NCBI GenBank assembly: GCA_016432445.1
Contig: CP066689.1
Location: forward strand, 420,001 to 452,000
Length of the DNA: 32,000 nt
Direction: 5' to 3'
Source: Candidatus Saccharimonadota bacterium
GTDB taxonomy: Bacteria > Patescibacteriota > Microgenomatia > UBA1406 > GWC2-37-13
The stretch's first letter is position 1, and each line of letters starts with the position of its first letter. The notes beneath the pieces are model-generated. The model had not been told where the DNA came from and ran no database searches. It worked only from the letters and a program-made list of their open reading frames with translations. Positions 8,892 through 13,313 of this stretch are shown here, piece by piece. The translations under genes were made by a program, and so were the position numbers.

Positions 8892-10355
8892 TTATTTAAT
8901 TTTCAAATCATCCAATATCTCAGTTCTGGGGTCAAAGACTCGGATAAGGTGATTGTTGGTATCGGCAATAAAAAGCAGATCATTTTTGGCAACAATATCA
9001 TTGGGTTCATAAAGGGCAAGCTGTTCACATTTTTTATCTCCGATCATACAAATATCAGTGCCTTTTTCACGGCCGACTAGAGTTTCAATATCTTTTGTTT
9101 TTAAATTCACAACCCGGATGGCATTATTATAAGTATCGGCAATATATAGAAATTTACTGTTAGCAAAAACTCCCAATGGATGTTGAAGCAACGCTTTATT
9201 AAAAGGGCCGTCTTTATGCCCGAAGGTAAATAAGCCCTTACCGATGAGCGTAGCAACCTTTTCTTCATCAATATTTATTTTTCTTAAAGATGAACTTTCG
9301 CTATCAGTGAAATAAATATCATTGCCGTAAATACTTAAGCCGCTGGGTTGAGCTAGTTCGGCGTCAGACCAGTGGTTATCAACTAAGCCTTCATAGCCGT
9401 TTCCGGCAAAAAGTTCCATTACGTTGTTTTCAAATCCGTAGCGCCAGATTTGATGGGAGCCGGCCATAGCAATGTAAAAAAATTTATCGAAGTAATCTAT
9501 ATCCCAAGGAGAACTTAGGGCAATCTCCAAGGCTTTTCCGCTTATTGGTTGTCCAAAAGGAGCTTGAATGCCAGTACCGGCAATCGTCGACACTTTTTTA
9601 GTTTTAAGATCAACTTTTTTAAGCAAATGATTATCAGTGTCGCAGACATAAAGATTATTTCCTAAAGGATATATTCCTTGAGGGTGATTGAAATTGCCTT
9701 TAATAATATTTTTGATCTTAACTTGGGCGGGAGATTTGTAATCACAAATTAGAATGCGGTTGTGGTTGGAATCTGAGATAAAAAGAGTGTCGCCTTTTTG
9801 ATCAAACTCAATTTTTCCAGGAAAAGATAAAGTTTGTTTAGATTTCTTTTTTTTAAGTTCTAGGCGTAAAGGTTTATCAGCCAATGTACCTTCAACTTCT
9901 CCTTCTTTCAGCAGAATCTCAATTTCGTTTTCAAGGTGACCGCGTTGTCCTTCACCAGAGACTTGTTCGCGCACATAACCTTCAGGATCAATAAGAATCA
10001 TTGTCGGCCAGGCATTGACAGCATAGGCATTCCAGATATCATGGTTGTTATCGGCTATTACCGGGTGAGTAATCTCATATCTTTCTATAGCCGATTGAAG
10101 ATGATCAAGAACAATCTCATTTTCAAATTTAGGTGAGTGAGCTCCGATGACAACCACAGGTTTGCCTTTAAATTTTTCTTCAATAGATTTTAGATCAGGT
10201 AGAACATGAATACAGTTAATGCAGCAGTAAGTCCAGAAATCCAAAAGAACAACATAACCTTTTAATTTTTTCATGCTTAATTTTCTTTTAGAATTAAGCC
10301 AGGTTAAATCTGCTGGAAATTCTGGAGCTCTAACTGCTTGAGTAAATATTGGCAT
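8892..10355 (-). CDS. thioredoxin-like domain + NHL-repeat beta-propeller protein (NHLRC2-like)
   Basis: N-terminal redoxin motif LLDFWTYCCINCIHVLPDL. This is followed by repeated NHL-like blades (FNHPQGI, LSSPWDI, LAQPSGL, LQHPLGV, LYEPNDI). Confidence 0.85.
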   Translation of the reverse strand: MPIFTQAVRAPEFPADLTWLNSKRKLSMKKLKGYVVLLDFWTYCCINCIHVLPDLKSIEEKFKGKPVVVIGAHSPKFENEIVLDHLQSAIERYEITHPVIADNNHDIWNAYAVNAWPTMILIDPEGYVREQVSGEGQRGHLENEIEILLKEGEVEGTLADKPLRLELKKKKSKQTLSFPGKIEFDQKGDTLFISDSNHNRILICDYKSPAQVKIKNIIKGNFNHPQGIYPLGNNLYVCDTDNHLLKKVDLKTKKVSTIAGTGIQAPFGQPISGKALEIALSSPWDIDYFDKFFYIAMAGSHQIWRYGFENNVMELFAGNGYEGLVDNHWSDAELAQPSGLSIYGNDIYFTDSESSSLRKINIDEEKVATLIGKGLFTFGHKDGPFNKALLQHPLGVFANSKFLYIADTYNNAIRVVNLKTKDIETLVGREKGTDICMIGDKKCEQLALYEPNDIVAKNDLLFIADTNNHLIRVFDPRTEILDDLKIK

Positions 10356-10392
10356 ATTACCCCATGATAAGAGAGTAAGGTAAGATTTCTGT

Positions 10393-10460
10393 AAAAAAAA
10401 AGCGCCGGTCGGGTAAGAAAGTCAGAAGAGTCTGACAAACTTGCCTTTCCGGCGTTTGAC
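10393..10460 (-). terminator. composite three-helix intrinsic terminator of cassette 3
   Basis: Minus-strand RNA reads GUCAAA-CGCCGG-AAA-GGCAAG-UUU-GUCAGA-CUCU-UCUGAC-UUU-CUUACC-CGA-CCGGCG-C-U9. The plus-strand A-run is at 10393-10401. Confidence 0.8.
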
Positions 10461-10467
10461 CTTTCAG

Positions 10468-10653
10468 TCATTCAGTTGGTCGAGGCTTGATGTTTTTGCG
10501 AGGCACCATCAGGCCTTTCCCAATGCCCGTTCTCACGTAGCAATCAGTGCTCCAATAAAATGCGACGGTGCCTTCGATGGGTTTAGGTATCTTGCCCTCG
10601 CTGTCTGGCTCAGGCTGGACAATGACAGCTGTCCCGACATCAATATGTGGCAA
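10468..10653 (-). CDS. 61-aa beta-rich small protein (S4), uncharacterised
   Basis: TTG start at 10653 with AGAGGTG 6 nt upstream. It shares the pattern G-T-x-V ... I-E-G-T ... C-x-V ... I-K-P with the 62- and 65-aa ORFs. Confidence 0.55.
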   Translation of the reverse strand: MPHIDVGTAVIVQPEPDSEGKIPKPIEGTVAFYWSTDCYVRTGIGKGLMVPRKNIKPRPTE

Positions 10654-10729
10654 TAGTTCACCTCTTTTCTATCCTCTAAGGACAAAATTTGATTGCTGAC
10701 CAAGGTGGAGAGGGCGGTCTCCCACGCAC

Positions 10730-11149
10730 TTACCTCAGAAGTCCAGCATCCTCTAAGATGGCTCGAGCCTGCTCGACGACATTCATGCATATTTCACAGT
10801 GATCTAGGTGAGTTGCAATCGAGTTATACTTTCCACCTTGCTTTCGATCACCGGTATCGTTCTTGGCGAAGTCAACCAAGTGAATCGGTAAGGGACAGAA
10901 ATCCCTTTTAAACATGAGTCTATCATGCAAGGCACTGTAGAATGTTTGTGTGCAACTTTCACATTGCTCTAAGACCTTCCTAAGGTTGGGAGGTAGGAGC
11001 AAGCTAAGCGGCAGTTTGCGGAGCTCTCGCAGTCTTAGTTCTATGGTAGGTTCCAGCCCTGTCCAGATGAGATCAAAAAGCTCCATGGGTACCCGGCTAG
11101 CCAGATATTTGGCTAAGTCGTGGTGGTCACAATCGGTAGTGGGTTCCAT
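10730..11149 (-). CDS. 139-aa helical Cys/His-rich protein with C-terminal HxxxCxxC motif, uncharacterised
   Basis: Longest ORF of cassette 3. CxxC at residues 63-66 and HLDHCEIC at residues 114-121 (10787-10810). Its ATG is 17 nt from the leader SD, and a 15-codon uORF occupies the optimal position. Confidence 0.6.
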   Translation of the reverse strand: MEPTTDCDHHDLAKYLASRVPMELFDLIWTGLEPTIELRLRELRKLPLSLLLPPNLRKVLEQCESCTQTFYSALHDRLMFKRDFCPLPIHLVDFAKNDTGDRKQGGKYNSIATHLDHCEICMNVVEQARAILEDAGLLR

Positions 11150-11308
11150 TCGGATATCATTCCTCTCTCCTTACTCCGCCCTTAGCAAGGAATACAAAGA
11201 CAAGAGTTTATCTTCATATTCCTTGCCAGGACAGATACATAACAACTGAATTTTCAAAGTACTATAAGCAAAAGATAGGCATGCGAAAGCCTAGGTTTAT
11301 TTGATATG
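11150..11308 (-). promoter_or_regulatory. conserved structured 5' leader, copy A (cassette 3)
   Basis: P1 11276-11280/11289-11293. Invariant motif ATTCAGTTGTT (complement of 11241-11251). P2 11185-11194/11217-11226 and P3 11196-11200/11211-11215. SD at 11167-11172. Confidence 0.65.
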
Positions 11309-11314
11309 GGAAGA

Positions 11315-11356
11315 ATTTTATCAGAAATAAAGGGCAAAATCAAACTACTATGGGAC
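11315..11356 (-). promoter_or_regulatory. sigma70-type promoter of cassette 3 with conserved upstream box
   Basis: Minus strand reads CCCATAGTAGTTTGATTT. The -35 TTGATT is at 11338-11343, followed by a 17-nt spacer and -10 TAAAAT at 11315-11320. Confidence 0.7.
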
Positions 11357-11376
11357 AGCCTTGTAACTTTGGAGAT

Positions 11377-11448
11377 AAAAAATAGCGCTCGGAAGGAAAG
11401 AAAGTCATGAAAGTCATGACAGACCTGCCTTACGAGCGCTCGTTTGAG
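11377..11448 (-). terminator. composite three-helix intrinsic terminator of cassette 2
   Basis: Outer stem AGCGCUCG/CGAGCGCU (11433-11440 with 11384-11391). Inner hairpin GUCAUG-ACUUU-CAUGAC, followed by A-U6. Confidence 0.75.
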
Positions 11449-11454
11449 ATGATC

Positions 11455-11643
11455 TCAGCTGTTTGCCGGGAAAGGCTTGATGGTAGCGTTTAAGCAAACT
11501 GTGGGTGTACCGTTGACTACGACGAGGCACCAAGTGGAGTTGTATGGCTCTCGGTAGATGCCATGTACAGGTCTGTTGGAACCGTGGAGTTGTGCTGTGA
11601 CGTGATCTCCGCGCTGAACGCCTTGTCTAGGATGATTTGCCAT
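11455..11643 (-). CDS. 62-aa beta-rich small protein (S3), uncharacterised
   Basis: ATG at 11643 is preceded by GAGGAGG. The longer 80-aa track ORF would overlap the upstream gene. The ATG at 11655 is a weaker alternative. Confidence 0.55.
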   Translation of the reverse strand: MANHPRQGVQRGDHVTAQLHGSNRPVHGIYREPYNSTWCLVVVNGTPTVCLNATIKPFPANS

Positions 11644-11662
11644 TTTCCTCCTCATTTCCTTC

Positions 11663-11860
11663 TTAGTTGACTGCGCTTGCGATAACGGCGGTTTCAATTC
11701 CCTTGACTAAACAGGTATGATTATTGCCGTAATCATCGCGAACGATGCAGATTCCGTCATCGTAGTAATCCGTCAGTGTACCTTCTACGGTCTCCAAGGT
11801 AGGACGGTGAATGGCGAGTATTGCCTTCACTCGCGTACCTAGTGGAATTTCATCTAACAT
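11663..11860 (-). CDS. 65-aa beta-rich small protein (S2), uncharacterised
   Basis: ATG at 11860 with AAGGAGG 6 nt upstream. The pattern GTRV...VEGTLTDYYDDGICIVRDDYGNNHTCLV suggests a small beta-barrel. Confidence 0.6.
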   Translation of the reverse strand: MLDEIPLGTRVKAILAIHRPTLETVEGTLTDYYDDGICIVRDDYGNNHTCLVKGIETAVIASAVN

Positions 11861-11903
11861 TTGAATCCTCCTTTCTAGTCTTTTTGAGTTGATTTTTCGT
11901 TGG

Positions 11904-12170
11904 CTAGCCGATCAGTTGATGCCGGCGCTGGCGAAGCCGGAACTCTGATGCATAGTACGGTAGATAGAAGCCGCTGATGTGACCGATGCAAAATACTACA
12001 AAGGCGAATAGATACGGCCATCCATCGGGAACAAGGCTTGGGCCGATCCATAAGATCACGATTCCGGCGAGGAATAATACCGGTTTTGTATTCGGTGTAG
12101 GTTCGATGAATTCCATGCCGAGTCTTACCCCGAAAGTAAACCATACTGCCAGGAACAGTGCAAAAGACAT
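11904..12170 (-). CDS. 88-aa three-TM small membrane protein, paralogue 2
   Basis: ATG at 12170 with AAGGAGG 7 nt upstream. Three hydrophobic segments and a basic C-terminal tail. About 70% identical by eye to the 12463-12723 product. Confidence 0.75.
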   Translation of the reverse strand: MSFALFLAVWFTFGVRLGMEFIEPTPNTKPVLFLAGIVILWIGPSLVPDGWPYLFAFVVFCIGHISGFYLPYYASEFRLRQRRHQLIG

Positions 12171-12334
12171 CTCGTTTCCTCCTTTCTCCTTACTCTATCC
12201 TTAGCAAGGAGTATAAGGAGAAAAGTTTATCCTCATGCTTCTTACTAAGGTAAAAGTAAGGTAACAACTGAATATGTTAAAGTGCATTGGATAAGACGAC
12301 AGATAGACAGCAAAAGCCTAAACTCATCTTACTC
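12171..12334 (-). promoter_or_regulatory. conserved structured 5' leader, copy B (cassette 2)
   Basis: P1 12304-12308/12316-12320. Motif is the complement of 12263-12273. P2 12199-12208/12241-12250 and P3 12215-12219/12230-12234. An 8-nt anti-SD (12214-12221) is exactly complementary to the SD (12185-12192). Confidence 0.65.
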
Positions 12335-12340
12335 AGACGC

Positions 12341-12382
12341 ATTTTATCAAAATGGAGAATTTAAATCAAACTACTATGGGGT
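12341..12382 (-). promoter_or_regulatory. sigma70-type promoter of cassette 2 with conserved upstream box
   Basis: -35 TTGATT at 12364-12369, 17-nt spacer, -10 TAAAAT at 12341-12346. The same 18-nt box CCCATAGTAGTTTGATTT is present. Confidence 0.7.
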
Positions 12383-12385
12383 TAT

Positions 12386-12455
12386 AAAAAAAGCGCCCGT
12401 AGAAGTAAGTGCCGTGAAAGTCACGGTAAACTTACTCTTTCGAGCGCATTTGACC
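12386..12455 (-). terminator. composite three-helix intrinsic terminator of cassette 1
   Basis: Minus-strand RNA reads GUCAAAU-GCGCUCG-AAA-GAGUAAG-UUU-ACCGUGA-CUU-UCACGG-C-ACUUACUUC-UA-CGGGCGC-U7. Confidence 0.8.
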
Positions 12456-12462
12456 TTTCGGT

Positions 12463-12723
12463 TCATTCAGTTGTTTGCTGCCGGCGAAGCCGAAGCTCTG
12501 TTGCGTAGTACGGCAGGTAGAAGCCACATATGGTGCCGATAATGAATGTTGCTATTGCAAAAAGATACGGCCATCCGTTGGGAACGAGACTTTTTCCGAC
12601 CACGAGCATTACTATTCCGGCAAGTAAAAGTACAGGTTTCATCTTCGGTGTAGGTTCGATGACTTCCATGCCAAGTCTTACCCCGAAAGCAAACCATACT
12701 GTCAGGAACAGTATAAAAGACAT
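12463..12723 (-). CDS. 86-aa three-TM small membrane protein, paralogue 1
   Basis: ATG at 12723 with AAGGAGG 7 nt upstream. It is a paralogue of the 11904-12170 product (MSF.LFL.VWF.FGVRLGME.IEPTP..KPVL.LAGIV...SLVP.GWPYLFA...GFYLPYYA.E.RLR). Confidence 0.75.
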   Translation of the reverse strand: MSFILFLTVWFAFGVRLGMEVIEPTPKMKPVLLLAGIVMLVVGKSLVPNGWPYLFAIATFIIGTICGFYLPYYATELRLRRQQTTE

Positions 12724-12738
12724 CGTTTTTCCTCCTTT

Positions 12739-13002
12739 CTACCCTTTGCAGGTAAGTATTGAGATTTTGAGATTCTCGTAGTCGCCGCGTGTCAAGGTTA
12801 ATAGGTCTTCTGCTGTCGGTAAGGCGATGCGATCAAGATCCTTCAAGTGTTTCTTGGTTCCGTCCAAAAACCTGACGTCTATATCGCACCGGTTTATTCC
12901 TTCAATTACGCAGATTCGGCCTCCGTGAATAATAATTGCTCCGGCTGGACCCTTAAGATTGGTTGTTAACACTTGGACATACATATGGTTCATTTTCTTC
13001 AT
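12739..13002 (-). CDS. 87-aa small soluble protein (S1), uncharacterised
   Basis: ATG at 13002 lies 7 nt after the leader SD (13010-13015). The 121-aa track ORF would read through the conserved leader. Confidence 0.6.
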   Translation of the reverse strand: MKKMNHMYVQVLTTNLKGPAGAIIIHGGRICVIEGINRCDIDVRFLDGTKKHLKDLDRIALPTAEDLLTLTRGDYENLKISILTCKG

Positions 13003-13155
13003 TCTCTTTCTCCTTACTTCACTCAAGCAAGGGATATAAGGATAAAGATTATCCTCGTATTTCTTACTTGAGACGAAGCAAAAAGTAAACAACTGAATTT
13101 TCAAAGTACTACAAATTAAAAATAGGTATGCAAAAACCTAAGTTTGTTTTGTTAA
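13003..13155 (-). promoter_or_regulatory. conserved structured 5' leader, copy C (cassette 1)
   Basis: P1 13123-13127/13136-13140. Motif is the complement of 13087-13098. P2 13022-13031/13063-13072 and P3 13039-13043/13051-13055. SD at 13010-13015. Confidence 0.65.
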
Positions 13156-13161
13156 TGAGCA

Positions 13162-13203
13162 ATTATACTAAATTTTTAGCCTTAAATCAAACTACTATGG
13201 GAC
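13162..13203 (-). promoter_or_regulatory. sigma70-type promoter of cassette 1 with conserved upstream box
   Basis: -35 TTGATT at 13185-13190, 17-nt spacer, -10 TATAAT at 13162-13167. The same 18-nt box is present. Confidence 0.75.
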
Positions 13204-13266
13204 AATGATCTGAGGTTTTTAGGTGGATAAACGATTAAATGTGTGGTAAAATATATTATTCTTAAT

Positions 13267-13297
13267 ACTTCACGGTTTAAGGCGTGAAGTTTTTTTT
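13267..13297 (+). terminator. canonical intrinsic terminator or attenuator immediately upstream of typA
   Basis: 8-bp stem ACTTCACG (13267-13274) / CGTGAAGT (13283-13290), 8-nt loop, then T7 (13291-13297). It sits 17 nt before the typA ATG. Confidence 0.6.
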
Positions 13298-13313
13298 GAG
13301 TCATAAAACACCT

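Larger units (their letters stand above)
10393..13205 (-). other. compositionally foreign island of three tandem promoter-leader-cargo-terminator cassettes
   Basis: G+C is higher than the flanks. Three copies each of an identical 18-nt promoter box, a homologous leader of about 150 nt and a homologous composite terminator. There are seven small SD-preceded ORFs, all on the minus strand. No mobility genes are present. Confidence 0.85.

Noticed and set aside
8799-9080. 93-aa plus-strand ORF
   Set aside because: It begins inside the palindromic repeat and continues antisense to the well-supported NHL-repeat gene.
10371-10384. GAGAGTAAGGTAAG on the plus strand resembles the leader SD region (GAGTAAGGAGA) in inverted orientation at the left island edge
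   Set aside because: Only about 8-9 nt are shared and no start codon or ORF follows. It could be chance or a decayed remnant, and is too weak to call.
12171-12334. Leader as a known riboswitch (fluoride, guanidine, c-di-GMP, ZTP, preQ1, Mg, T-box)
   Set aside because: None of the consensus cores that I can recall for these classes is present. This is a by-eye rejection only and needs an Rfam scan.
10533-12697. Alternative-frame minus-strand ORFs (10533-10790, 11875-12144, 12467-12697)
   Set aside because: They overlap better-supported ORFs in another frame and lack an RBS. Their products are Arg/Ser/Cys-rich and low in complexity, as expected for off-frame translation.
10441-12781. Plus-strand ORFs inside the island (10441-10656, 10693-10911, 10950-11249, 11986-12204, 12282-12542, 12530-12781)
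   Set aside because: They run antisense to SD-preceded minus-strand ORFs and have no RBS of their own. Several run straight through the conserved promoters, leaders or terminators. They are best explained as shadow ORFs in a region of higher G+C.
12739-13104. Long 5' extensions of track ORFs (12739-13104, 11455-11697, 29481-30287, 28108-29373, 13284 GTG, 19007, 8011 TTG, 2532 TTG)
   Set aside because: The extensions read through conserved leader or hairpin sequence or overlap the neighbouring gene. Internal ATGs agree with SD spacing or with the conserved N-termini of the protein families (MLSIDYIRNN for Ser[19 protein letters not shown] for TypA, MNTLLIATHN for RdgB).
11150-13205. Whether the three repeated ~200-nt blocks could be a CRISPR array or other tandem repeat
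   Set aside because: The repeat units are about 200 nt, are separated by 0.7-0.9 kb of coding sequence, and contain promoters and SDs. There are no short regularly spaced repeats and no cas genes.
10393-13205. Island as a prophage, IS element, integron or conjugative element
   Set aside because: There is no integrase, transposase, recombinase, attC-like site, terminal inverted repeat or convincing flanking direct repeat. The only similarity between the two junctions, around 10361-10375 and 13201-13215, is weak (about 9 of 13 nt).
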